The notes under the pieces are model-generated. The model was not told the DNA's origin. It searched no databases and was given only the letters and a program-made list of their open reading frames with translations. From a virus (Duplodnaviria; Caudoviricetes): a DNA stretch of 64,000 nt. Location of the stretch: positions 96,001-160,000 of IMG/VR virus record IMGVR_UViG_3300037067_026010; one strand, 5' to 3'. The position numbers were made by a program, and so were the translations under genes. Shown piece after piece: positions 9,852 through 18,010 of the stretch (position 1 is its first letter; each line of letters begins with the position of its first letter).

Positions 9852-10238
9852 TTATACCTTGTCTATGTGAGTGCCGTCGTCTTCGGCGGCAAAGTATTGT
9901 TTAGGATGTACTGGCACGGTAAATTCCACCAGCGCGATATTGGCGATGTCGACGAGGTGTTCCGCATTGCCGGTCTCGCGATAAGCGTCCAGGTGCTTTT
10001 GCATCCCGGAAATGTTGTCGTAACGCCGAGTCTTTTGCACTTCAAGGGGGCCGTAACGGTAGGCCCCCACGATCAGTCTGTTGCGCATTAGCCGCTCGAA
10101 CTCGGCGTTCCACTGCGTTTGAATAAGCTTCTCGTGGTCCGCATCGCTGACGTGCTCCGGGACCGGCGGGTCCGGCAGGCCGCATTTCCAGCACCAGGCC
10201 GCTGCGAAGAATTCGGAGAGTAACTGCGGTCCGTCCAT
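9852..10238 (-). CDS. Conserved phage protein, possibly MazG-like NTP pyrophosphohydrolase fold
   Basis: LMRNRL..GAYRYG, Y..TGNAEHLVDIANIA..EF. Confidence 0.55.
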   Translation of the reverse strand: MDGPQLLSEFFAAAWCWKCGLPDPPVPEHVSDADHEKLIQTQWNAEFERLMRNRLIVGAYRYGPLEVQKTRRYDNISGMQKHLDAYRETGNAEHLVDIANIALVEFTVPVHPKQYFAAEDDGTHIDKV

Positions 10239-10489
10239 AGCTGGCCTCGTCTCGTCGAGATAGCTGCTTCCTGTATTAGATTACCCAGGGCTTCGAGGTG
10301 CTTACCCTTAGTGCCGCCGGACTAGGCAAGTGCCGACGATGCTGCCGAAAAGAAACTATAGCAAACTGCCTGGCAAATTGCCAGCATGTACTTCGCAATA
10401 AAAAACGCGCCCCGGCGCCGGGATGCGTTCGCGGGGCAGGACGAACGCACAAGAACCGGTCACCGGGGCGCACAGTAAGACACGCCGCG

Positions 10490-10517
10490 ATTATAACACA
10501 AGCTATTTTGGGGGCAA
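10490..10517 (-). promoter_or_regulatory. Sigma70 promoter abutting repeat copy 2
   Basis: TTGCCC-16bp-TATAAT with extended -10 TGn. Confidence 0.6.
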
Positions 10518-10535
10518 GCGGTGTTTAATTACCGC
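10518..10535. repeat. 18-bp repeat copy 2 (reverse orientation)
   Basis: GCGGTGTTTAATTACCGC; just downstream of ParB stop at 10552. Confidence 0.85.
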
Positions 10536-10551
10536 GTGCTGTCGCGCCGGA

Positions 10552-11424
10552 TTACTCAGCAAACGAGTCCAGCAGCTGGATCAGGTCGCTGATGGTGGCA
10601 TCCACCGATGCTGCGATCGCTTCACGGTCTTTTTTCGCACAACCTTTGTAAAGTCGATCGAATTCCTGCGCGGGCATATCCAGGTATTCTCCTACGCGCG
10701 CCCTGATTTGCTTCATAAAACCCAACAAGCGCACGACATGGTCCTTGGGAGATTGTATGGCACCCACCCTTACTGAGGCGGTTCGCGACGCGCCCATGAT
10801 GAATCGGCGTGCCTCCGACATGCCCATTTTGGCGGCGGTAATGCGCTTTGCCAGCTCCAGTTGCATTTCCTGCGGCAGCGGCACGAGCAATTGCGCCAGG
10901 GAGAACGTCAGCCTACCGCTGCCGCCGGCGCGCTCCCGCTTCTTGTCGCACGGCGCCACCAGCATCGGCCGGATTTCCGGATGCAATCTGCAGAGGTTCG
11001 CGTGCTGCATGACGTAGCACGTCGATTTGCCGAATATCTCGGCGATCTCTTTGACGGTTTTGCCGTGCGCCGAAAGCCGGTTTACCGCTGCGGCGATCTC
11101 CAGGCAGTTGTGTTTCTGCGCGTGAAAATTCGCCATGACGGCGACGGCAAAGCGATCCTCGGGCTCGGGTCGCACGATAACTTCGATAGGTATATTGGCA
11201 TGCAGACAGGCCTGCAGTCTGCGCTCGCCGTCGATCAGCTCGTAGTCGTAGCCCTCCAAGTCGCACGTAGTGACCTCGATCGGCTGACGCTGGCCGAAGG
11301 TCTTGATGCTTCGGGCCAGCTGCGCAATGTTGCGAAAATCGCTTCGCGGTTGCCCGACAAATGGTTTGACGCGCGCAGGGTCTACTGTCGCCAGGCGCGA
11401 TTGCGCCTGCTTTATCTTTTCCAT
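10552..11424 (-). CDS. ParB/Spo0J-like partition protein
   Basis: QPR..F, LARSI...GQ.QPI.V, YELIDGERRLQA, N-(AQK)H, HTH TVKEIAEIFGKS. Confidence 0.85.
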   Translation of the reverse strand: MEKIKQAQSRLATVDPARVKPFVGQPRSDFRNIAQLARSIKTFGQRQPIEVTTCDLEGYDYELIDGERRLQACLHANIPIEVIVRPEPEDRFAVAVMANFHAQKHNCLEIAAAVNRLSAHGKTVKEIAEIFGKSTCYVMQHANLCRLHPEIRPMLVAPCDKKRERAGGSGRLTFSLAQLLVPLPQEMQLELAKRITAAKMGMSEARRFIMGASRTASVRVGAIQSPKDHVVRLLGFMKQIRARVGEYLDMPAQEFDRLYKGCAKKDREAIAASVDATISDLIQLLDSFAE

Positions 11425-11522
11425 CGGCTTCCTTCCTCGCATAAGTCCGCAGTACGCCGAGTTTTCCATACTCACGTTCGTAGGTGGCATTTCGCGCCCT
11501 TTGTACCTGTTCCTGGTAATTC

Positions 11523-11540
11523 GCGGTGCTTAACTACCGC
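11523..11540. repeat. 18-bp repeat copy 3 (reverse orientation)
   Basis: GCGGTGCTTAACTACCGC; supplies the stop of ORF 11530-11709. Confidence 0.85.
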
Positions 11541-11709
11541 CGATCTCCTCGCACACTTCCGCCACGTCGTCTTCGTCGATTTTGAAACTGAGCGTTTGCA
11601 TAAGCTTGCGCGCTGCCTCGTCCGCGCTGACGCCCAAACGCTGCGCCTCGCTATTCACACAGCACCGAAACAGCTCCATTTCACGGTTCGTCAATAAACT
11701 CGCCGCCAT
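11530..11709 (-). CDS. Small hypothetical protein
   Basis: GGAGAGG SD, 59 aa. Confidence 0.55.
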   Translation of the reverse strand: MAASLLTNREMELFRCCVNSEAQRLGVSADEAARKLMQTLSFKIDEDDVAEVCEEIGGS

Positions 11710-11762
11710 GATACCTCTCCTTTCTTGGAAAATAAACACCGATTAGTCGCGCTGCAGCTGCA

Positions 11763-12026
11763 TCACCGTTCACCGCGGGCTTGATATCGGGCCTGTGCTA
11801 TGTACATTCGCGTCTCCGCGCGAATTACGTCACCTACGCGACTATGATCGTCGTTGGCAACGCCCGTCCGTATTTGGGACCCGACCGCCTGATCAGCCTC
11901 GTACAGCTCTGCACTGCCGTCGTACGCTTCCCAAATGGCATCTTCGGCAATAGCGGGCTCCGTACAGACGTGTAAATAAATGATTGTTAGCGATTGGCCG
12001 GCACGCCGTGTGCATTCGGGCAACAT
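11763..12026 (-). CDS. Small protein, array-like
   Basis: AGGAG SD, 87 aa. Confidence 0.55.
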   Translation of the reverse strand: MLPECTRRAGQSLTIIYLHVCTEPAIAEDAIWEAYDGSAELYEADQAVGSQIRTGVANDDHSRVGDVIRAETRMYIAQARYQARGER

Positions 12027-12050
12027 CGCGATTTCTCCTTTTGTGGCGCA

Positions 12051-12248
12051 TCAGACCTGAGCAGCGTCGCTGGTCTCCAGTGTCGAGCGCAGTTCTTCGC
12101 AGAATATCTGTATGGGTTCCCAAATGTGCTCCACGACCATCTCCTGGACGTGTATTACAACCGCGGCGTGCACGCTATTCATGCCGGTCTGTCGCTGCAG
12201 GCAATGTACCACTTCGTGCAATTGGCCCGCAAGGTCGGCACGCGTCAT
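12051..12248 (-). CDS. Small protein, array-like
   Basis: ATGA-coupled, GGAGG SD. Confidence 0.6.
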   Translation of the reverse strand: MTRADLAGQLHEVVHCLQRQTGMNSVHAAVVIHVQEMVVEHIWEPIQIFCEELRSTLETSDAAQV

Positions 12249-12451
12249 GATACTGCCTCCTCTTTTGTGGCCGTGGCCTGCGTTTCGACAGGGTCCCCAA
12301 TCGCGGTAAGCGTCAGCCAGCAGGAATAACTTATACCGCGCCAAATCGTATATTCAACAGCCTGATGCACGAAGTTCGGCCATGGTAACGCCAGCCGCAT
12401 AGCTGTCTCGGCTACACGCAGTTGCCAGGGAATGGCATGTTCGGAGGTCAT
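12245..12451 (-). CDS. Small protein, array-like
   Basis: ATGA-coupled; paralogue of 12448-12651 (QAV..TIW...CW...QA.A). Confidence 0.65.
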   Translation of the reverse strand: MTSEHAIPWQLRVAETAMRLALPWPNFVHQAVEYTIWRGISYSCWLTLTAIGDPVETQATATKEEAVS

Positions 12452-12651
12452 GGGGCCACCTCCGCCGTCGCAGCCTCGGCCTGAGCGTCAATAGACCTCT
12501 TAATTGCAAACTGCAGCACCCTCCAGCAGGGGACGGCAGCACTACCCCAAATCGTATGATCGACGGCCTGCGAAACGTGCCGGCCCGCAATCGGCACTAC
12601 TGCATACCGGGCCACGTCCAGTTGTGCTTGGATGCTGTCCTTGTGTGTCAT
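12448..12651 (-). CDS. Small protein, array-like
   Basis: AGGAG SD; paralogue of 12245-12451. Confidence 0.65.
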   Translation of the reverse strand: MTHKDSIQAQLDVARYAVVPIAGRHVSQAVDHTIWGSAAVPCWRVLQFAIKRSIDAQAEAATAEVAP

Positions 12652-12666
12652 AAATACCGCACTCCT

Positions 12667-12969
12667 TTAGTCCGCGGGAACATCCAGGTCGACATAAGCG
12701 AGGCACACGAGCCGACATATCGCGCCCCAGAATTCCTGCGTAATTGTCAGGCCGCCCGCCCCGCCTTCGATGAAGCCGTGTTCACGCCACGATCGCAACA
12801 CCTCGCGCTCCTCTTTAGAGATGTGCGCCGGCTCTAGTTTCTGCGAATTCATCATCACATGCATAACGTACGGCATCAAACGCAATTCCGTCACGCTGGT
12901 CGCGTAACCGAGCAGCTTTTCCGCCTCTCTTTGCACGCGCGGGGTCAACGCCCCTCGTTTTTGATCCAT
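12667..12969 (-). CDS. Conserved phage hypothetical protein
   Basis: RG.LT....ELRLMPY...VMMN.Q......I..EER..L..W. Confidence 0.7.
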   Translation of the reverse strand: MDQKRGALTPRVQREAEKLLGYATSVTELRLMPYVMHVMMNSQKLEPAHISKEEREVLRSWREHGFIEGGAGGLTITQEFWGAICRLVCLAYVDLDVPAD

Positions 12970-12992
12970 GATTTGCTCCTGTTGTCGCAGGG

Positions 12993-13259
12993 TTAGCCCA
13001 GTTCAGGCCGCCGTAGCATTTCGCATATCTGCATTGCAACGCCCACCCGGATGACGTCCTGCATATCTGCGTAGTCGCCCGACACCGGATAATAAGCAAG
13101 ACCCATGACGTCTTCTCTTGTTCGTATGATGCGCCGCGCGCATAGGAACTGAATAGCTTCAGGGACCTGCATATAAACGTACATCAGCCCCGGTTCTACC
13201 ACGCGCTCCAGGCAGAGGTCGCCTACCTGGTACCGGACCTCCTCAAGAATTTGTGTCAT
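12993..13259 (-). CDS. Small protein, array-like
   Basis: GGAGG SD. Confidence 0.55.
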   Translation of the reverse strand: MTQILEEVRYQVGDLCLERVVEPGLMYVYMQVPEAIQFLCARRIIRTREDVMGLAYYPVSGDYADMQDVIRVGVAMQICEMLRRPELG

Positions 13260-13473
13260 CGCCTGCCTCCATGCTTTCACGGGTACTCGCCCGACTTTGC
13301 TCCGCGAGTTGCCTAACGACGCCAGTCCACATCGAAAATAGCTGGCGGGAGCACTGCGCTTGTACGTCGTAACTGGTAACACCGGCGAGCCTAGGCAAAT
13401 ACCTTAGCAGTTCGTTCTCGCTCTGCCGCAACCCGCGCAGGCGCTTATTTACTTTTTTACGTTTGGTCGCCAT
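13243..13473 (-). CDS. Small protein, array-like
   Basis: GGAGG SD, coupled. Confidence 0.55.
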   Translation of the reverse strand: MATKRKKVNKRLRGLRQSENELLRYLPRLAGVTSYDVQAQCSRQLFSMWTGVVRQLAEQSRASTRESMEAGDDTNS

Positions 13474-13717
13474 TTAATTCCTCCAGTATGCAGTCATCCA
13501 TTTGATCCCGTACTGCCCTGGCGATATTGTCCGGATCGTGCGTCGCGTCGAACCGGTCGCGTATTGTGGCACGGACTGCCGCACAGACAGCGTCGCGTGT
13601 GGCAGCCACTAAGGGCGTATCCACGTCGATACGTATAGCTTCGGGAACATGCCCCGCAAACAGCGCCCGCAGGCTGGTGCAAAACCGGTCCTGACACAGG
13701 AATGTGGCTAGGTTCAT
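13457..13717 (-). CDS. Small protein, array-like
   Basis: GGAGG SD; AVCAAVRATIRD/AVRDQ helical repeat. Confidence 0.6.
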   Translation of the reverse strand: MNLATFLCQDRFCTSLRALFAGHVPEAIRIDVDTPLVAATRDAVCAAVRATIRDRFDATHDPDNIARAVRDQMDDCILEELNGDQT

Positions 13718-13727
13718 GTTGCCTCCA

Positions 13728-14207
13728 TTATTGTTTTTCTTCGCGGTGGTCTTCCGCTAATTTCTGGTGCAACTCGTTGATCTGCGCATTCTTTTTGTGC
13801 AGTATCTTGTACAAGCGCGTCAGCTCTGCGCGAGACGCTTTCACGATCCTATTCAACAAAGCAACTGTCTTCTTCGGCAAAGTCAGCATTTCCGTAGCTG
13901 CCACGCCCGCCACAGGTGGATTTGTTGCCAGCCTTGATGCCAGCTGTTCGCGGTATCGATACACAAGCTCCCGCAATTCCGCGGCCATCTTTGCCAAATG
14001 TGGATGCTCCTCCGCGCATTTGCAATAGGTCAGTGCCGCCAGCTGACAGGCGGCAATATGCGCCGGGTCGTCCGCGCTGGCGTTTCCGTCGATTCTGAGC
14101 ACGAAATACATTGCGTCGGGATCCACGGGGCCGCCATCGACTTTAGTGATATTGTAGCGCTGGTGTAACCCGGTCGGGTTGTCTTGGCTTGTAGGCAACA
14201 TATGCAA
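13728..14207 (-). CDS. Conserved phage hypothetical protein
   Basis: GL..RY.I.K.DG.PVDP.A.YFVLR.D....DP.H..AC. Confidence 0.7.
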   Translation of the reverse strand: MHMLPTSQDNPTGLHQRYNITKVDGGPVDPDAMYFVLRIDGNASADDPAHIAACQLAALTYCKCAEEHPHLAKMAAELRELVYRYREQLASRLATNPPVAGVAATEMLTLPKKTVALLNRIVKASRAELTRLYKILHKKNAQINELHQKLAEDHREEKQ

Positions 14208-14224
14208 TCTCCTTCAAATTTAAT

Positions 14225-14416
14225 TCAACAGGGCGCATCCACGGCTTCAGGCCTCGGCAACCTATATATCTTGTCGCCTACGATTCGATGCGTCGGTGTT
14301 TCGAACGGTTCGCACGTACGATATTCGCACCCGGCGTCGTCGCTCAGGCGTATCACGCTATCGCTTTGGCACTGGTAGTAGCGCACAACGCGGTTTATCG
14401 GATCGTTTCCGGCCAT
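14225..14416 (-). CDS. Small hypothetical protein
   Basis: In-line with operon. Confidence 0.5.
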   Translation of the reverse strand: MAGNDPINRVVRYYQCQSDSVIRLSDDAGCEYRTCEPFETPTHRIVGDKIYRLPRPEAVDAPC

Positions 14417-14632
14417 CTAGCCCCCCTTCCGCTTAATCTGCGCGTGCAATCGTTTGAATTGCCGAATGTTGGCGCGCGTGTGTTTAACTACATCCTTGAA
14501 ATCCTTCGGGATCTCCTGTTTGAGTTTGGCTCCTCGGTAAACCTCGAAGGTGTTCGCGTCGATATAGGACTCTTCATACTCGATGGCCAGCCGTAGAGCA
14601 TGCAGCATTATCTGGCAGTCACGTTGGTTCAT
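14417..14632 (-). CDS. Small hypothetical protein
   Basis: GAGG SD, in-line. Confidence 0.55.
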   Translation of the reverse strand: MNQRDCQIMLHALRLAIEYEESYIDANTFEVYRGAKLKQEIPKDFKDVVKHTRANIRQFKRLHAQIKRKGG

Positions 14633-14636
14633 TTTG

Positions 14637-14936
14637 TTACCTCAGGTCCTCCTCGTCGAATTCTATTGCACTGGCGAAGGCTGGCGAGTACGCGATCATA
14701 TACGCCAGCCGCACTTTCGTTTGCTTTTCAAACCATTCTTCCAAGGTTATTGCGAAGTTGTTCGATGCGCAGATCAACCAGTCGTTTCTGTCGCCGCCTA
14801 AAGCAACGGGACAGTCCGCAGCGCCGCTTAGCAGTTCAGACATAGCGTCACACTGCTCGTAACAACAATGATACATCGCTCCGCATTTCAATATTGCTTT
14901 TGCCAATAGGTAGGCTGCATTGCTGACGATTAACAT
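14637..14936 (-). CDS. Hypothetical protein
   Basis: AGGAG SD before MLIVSN. Confidence 0.55.
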   Translation of the reverse strand: MLIVSNAAYLLAKAILKCGAMYHCCYEQCDAMSELLSGAADCPVALGGDRNDWLICASNNFAITLEEWFEKQTKVRLAYMIAYSPAFASAIEFDEEDLR

Positions 14937-14959
14937 GCTTCTCTCCTTTTTTCTTTTTT

Positions 14960-15391
14960 TTAGGTTGTGGGGCGATGCCCTGCGGATATAACGGCCCCTG
15001 CCTGTGCCCTGATCAACCGATAGCCAGGCACCCACGCCTTGATGTGTCCCTCGATCTCGTGTATCGTCCGCATCCCGACGCTTGCCCTGGCACTATCGGC
15101 CAGTTCATCCAGCACACTATGCTCAGCCGCTCTCGGCACTTGGCTCACCAGCAGGTGCATCAAACGGCGGCAGGCATACGAGGCCTTTTGAGCTTGCACG
15201 GCTGCGCGGGCGGTATCGTAAAGCGGCTGCTGCAACTCGAAACCTGCGCTGATCCTGCCTAGTATGAAGGACTTTTGGCGGGGGCCGATACGGCCCGCTG
15301 CTGCCGTACCCACGGCACCGAAATAGTTGTACCATGCCGCCGCCAAGTCATTCCAAAGCGCGTTTAACAACTCCTCTTCCGTTCGGCACAT
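14960..15391 (-). CDS. Hypothetical protein
   Basis: AGGAGG SD before MCRTEE. Confidence 0.55.
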   Translation of the reverse strand: MCRTEEELLNALWNDLAAAWYNYFGAVGTAAAGRIGPRQKSFILGRISAGFELQQPLYDTARAAVQAQKASYACRRLMHLLVSQVPRAAEHSVLDELADSARASVGMRTIHEIEGHIKAWVPGYRLIRAQAGAVISAGHRPTT

Positions 15392-15858
15392 ACATCCTCC
15401 TTTACGGTTTCGCGCGTGGCAGTGCCGCAACAAACACTCCACGAGTCCGGCGACTCTCCACGCTCGCATCGAGCCAAGGCGGCTTGAACAAAAACCAGTG
15501 GCTCGTCCAGCAACGCTTTTCCCTCCGCGGATCGCGCCGGCGTGTTCTTGAAATACTGCAGAATCTTTTCCGCATGCTTCAGCCCCGGAATGTACTGCCG
15601 AAACACGTGCTGGCCCCACACTTCGTCTGCGGCCGCCGCTTTTAATGCGCTGACGGGCGTATCCCCGGGGCACAATACGTGGGCTTCATAGCGAGCGTAT
15701 TCCTCGAAACAATTCGGCTCGACCAGAGCGATAAGACACACTCCTACCGCCAGCGCATGGTACACTAAGTGCGTGCCGTCCGGCATCTGTGCAGCCAGCA
15801 AAGCCCCGCTGACGAGCAACATACCGCGGCACAACAGCACCAGGTAAATTTTAAACAT
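15364..15858 (-). CDS. Membrane protein; N-terminal paralogue of 18992-19615
   Basis: MFKIYLVLLCRGMLLVSG, two hydrophobic segments. Confidence 0.6.
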   Translation of the reverse strand: MFKIYLVLLCRGMLLVSGALLAAQMPDGTHLVYHALAVGVCLIALVEPNCFEEYARYEAHVLCPGDTPVSALKAAAADEVWGQHVFRQYIPGLKHAEKILQYFKNTPARSAEGKALLDEPLVFVQAALARCERGESPDSWSVCCGTATRETVKEDVCAERKRSC

Positions 15859-16039
15859 GTGATTTCCCTTCGTACAAATCATGGTTTTCGGTATTGGGTC
15901 AGGAATGTGTTGCCGGAATCCTTCTTGAAATGTTTTTTCTTTTTTGCAATCCACCCGAAAGAGTAATAGGCGCATCGGATTCCATTGGGATACATTGAAT
16001 CCAGCTTGGATTCCAAATGGCATTTCTAAGGGAAAAACT

Positions 16040-16693
16040 ATGATAGAACTCGAAAATTTGCGGGTTTCGCTCACAAAGAACGGGTATCTCAAGATCGCCA
16101 CGATTGTAGCAGAGCATCCCGGCCATGAAATGCTGGACCATGTTTCCGGCAGTCATGCGGGGGTCAACTTGGTCCGCTCACAAGTGGCGAACATTCTTTG
16201 CGCCGATCCGATAACCGGCACACTGCCAACGCTGTGGGATGATTTGCGGGATTACAATCTGCCGACGATCAGGGCATTTACACTTGTAGCGGTCATCTTC
16301 TCCCATGAACGATTGATCCGCGCATTTCTACGGGCTGGGCGCGGAACACCGTTTGGTACACTTCTTCGCAACGAAATGACCGAGAAGGAGTTTACGAATC
16401 TGCAATTTGCCATGTCGTCAGTGGGACTATGCGATTACCAACGCGGATCCGATCAAATCACTTATGATATGTCGGTTCTTACGGAGCAACTCAGCCGCGT
16501 CGGCGACTTGGTGCGCGAATTGTTGCGAGTCAAATTACAACGTTGTGGCTGGAGAGACCCTGATGTCTTCCGCATCGCGGCGGATCCTCCGGTTGAGGAA
16601 CAATGTATCCAAGAAGGCTTCCACGAAGTTTTTGGCATGACGGAGCATGCGTTCAGACAATGGCTTAGCGGCCGACCGAGACAGCCGCGCTAA
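16040..16693 (+). CDS. Unknown passenger protein, convergent with the MTase
   Basis: AAGGGA SD then MIELENLRVSLTKNGY; stop overlaps MTase stop. Confidence 0.7.
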   Translation: MIELENLRVSLTKNGYLKIATIVAEHPGHEMLDHVSGSHAGVNLVRSQVANILCADPITGTLPTLWDDLRDYNLPTIRAFTLVAVIFSHERLIRAFLRAGRGTPFGTLLRNEMTEKEFTNLQFAMSSVGLCDYQRGSDQITYDMSVLTEQLSRVGDLVRELLRVKLQRCGWRDPDVFRIAADPPVEEQCIQEGFHEVFGMTEHAFRQWLSGRPRQPR

Positions 16694-17310
16694 GCACCGA
16701 CCGCACTTGCCATCCGTTCGGATCGTGAGTAGCCACGAATAAATGGGCGACTTTGCAAATAGGTTTCCGCTTCGTCGCCCCATGATTTCCATCGTGGGCG
16801 CGGCGCACGCGCAAAGAGTTCGAGATATGGCCCGGGGCTGCAAGCCTCGATTACGTCGTACAATTCGTCCGGTTTTCGGGAATGTTCGCGCTTGCGAGAT
16901 TCGACGATGTTGACTTGCCGCCGTCCAGGCGCAAGGGTTCGCATTGAACCACGAACGCCGAAAAGAACAACTTCCGTCACGTTTCGGAAATAGAAACCGA
17001 CGCCACGGCCATCCGGTCCGCCGTCCTTTCGTATTTTGTACCAGATTATATTCGTTTTGTAGGTAAAGCCCCAAGCATCCAGAACATCAAGCCCCTCTTT
17101 TAAGAGAGCGTTCGGAACCCATAGATACAAGTGGCTCCGTTCGGCGCAATGTGATGCTATCGGCATATCGCAGATTTCATCCAGCGACATTGTCTGGTAT
17201 CGGCGAAGCCGTTGATGCTCCGGCGCAACCTTTCCAGTGCGATTATCGAACCTCCAGGGGGGGTCTGCTAAAATGGTGCCAAAATGCCCAACAAGGCCGG
17301 GAAGCGTCAT
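16690..17310 (-). CDS. MT-A70 family adenine methyltransferase
   Basis: ILADPPW, HLYLWVPN, WGF.YKTN..W.K, G.GFYFRN.TE, REHSRKP, YLELFAR, WGDE. Confidence 0.92.
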   Translation of the reverse strand: MTLPGLVGHFGTILADPPWRFDNRTGKVAPEHQRLRRYQTMSLDEICDMPIASHCAERSHLYLWVPNALLKEGLDVLDAWGFTYKTNIIWYKIRKDGGPDGRGVGFYFRNVTEVVLFGVRGSMRTLAPGRRQVNIVESRKREHSRKPDELYDVIEACSPGPYLELFARAPRPRWKSWGDEAETYLQSRPFIRGYSRSERMASAVGA

Positions 17311-17380
17311 ATTTCACCTGTAGCTTTTAATGGTTGTTTCGGTTATATCGGCTAAAAGACCGCCGATATTCAATTTTTCC

Positions 17381-17434
17381 GTCCACCCAAATTATACACA
17401 AATAAAAAACATTTGCAAGAGTTTTTGGGTGTAC
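17381..17434. promoter_or_regulatory. Inverted operator pair 1 over the MTase promoter
   Basis: GTCCACCCAAA (17381-91) ... TTTGGGTGTAC (17424-34); minus-strand TTGCAA-16-TATAAT (17418-17391). Confidence 0.65.
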
Positions 17435-17489
17435 AAAAAAGATCCATGCCGGATCTCAATCAGAGAGGAGAAAATAGTACTAGAAATGC

Positions 17490-17581
17490 GGCGGGTGTAC
17501 CGCGTCTTGGTCGGCGCAGCAGCCTTATAAACTGCCGTAGGTCTCGGCTATGCCGAAGGGGTTCAACTCCCACACCCGCCG
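17490..17581 (+). tRNA. Non-canonical (9/3) long-V-arm tRNA, anticodon UAU (allo-tRNA-like)
   Basis: 9-bp acceptor GGCGGGTGT/ACACCCGCC; 5-bp D-stem with GG loop; anticodon loop CTTATAA; V-stem TCGGC/GCCGA; 3-bp T-stem GGG/CCC with TTCAACT loop; discriminator G; no encoded CCA; followed by T7. Confidence 0.8.
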
Positions 17582-17799
17582 TTTTTTTCTTCAAGAATGT
17601 CGCTATTTTTCTTAAGAATTCGGTTTGAAACACGCAATAGCACATCGCGGACAAACTCGGAGGTATTTTTTGCTTTCTTTAATTTAGCGGCTTGTTTAAC
17701 GAGGGCATACTCCGCTTTAGGCATCCGAAAATATTGTTTGGGAGTCTCGCCTGTGCGGGGACGACCTCTACTACGGAGGGATTTAGCTTTCTTTTTCAT
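17563..17799 (-). CDS. Ribbon-helix-helix regulator
   Basis: GRPRTG..PKQYFRMP..EY.LVKQAA......SEFVRDVL. Confidence 0.7.
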   Translation of the reverse strand: MKKKAKSLRSRGRPRTGETPKQYFRMPKAEYALVKQAAKLKKAKNTSEFVRDVLLRVSNRILKKNSDILEEKNGGCGS

Positions 17800-17805
17800 A
17801 CCCTT

Positions 17806-17880
17806 AGTTTACGTCCACCCAAAATTTTTGTCAATTCAAATAATATTTGGGTGGACAAATAATCGATGACTGTGTATAAT
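17806..17880. promoter_or_regulatory. Divergent promoters (RHH / transposase) with operator pair 2
   Basis: Minus TTGACA-17-TAAACT (17834-17806); plus TGGACA-17-TATAAT (17852-17880); GTCCACCCAAA 17813-23 and TTTGGGTGGAC 17846-56. Confidence 0.75.
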
Positions 17881-17890
17881 ATGAATATCA

Positions 17891-17926
17891 ACAAAAAACC
17901 CCGGTCAGACTGGCATCCGGCCGGGG
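17891..17926 (-). terminator. Hairpin with U-tract upstream of the transposase
   Basis: CCCCGG...CCGGGG stem followed by T6 on minus strand. Confidence 0.45.
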
Positions 17927-18010
17927 CAATCACAACCAAGCGGTTAAGCCTGATAGCGACTAGACACCCCTATTTTAGGCTTGCCCGCTGCAAAATGCAA
18001 AGGGTAATCC

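Noticed and set aside
15364-16101. 245-aa ORF as listed in the track
   Set aside because: Its 5' part lies in the IS; the true start is 15858.
16688-16700. Tenth copy of the 18-bp motif (TAAGCACCG)
   Set aside because: Only half matches; the left arm and core are missing.
17490-17581. Ordinary tRNA-Ile or decayed integration-site remnant
   Set aside because: The 7/5 fold needs two T-stem mismatches while 9/3 pairs perfectly; all arms are present and it lies inside the IS, not at an att junction.
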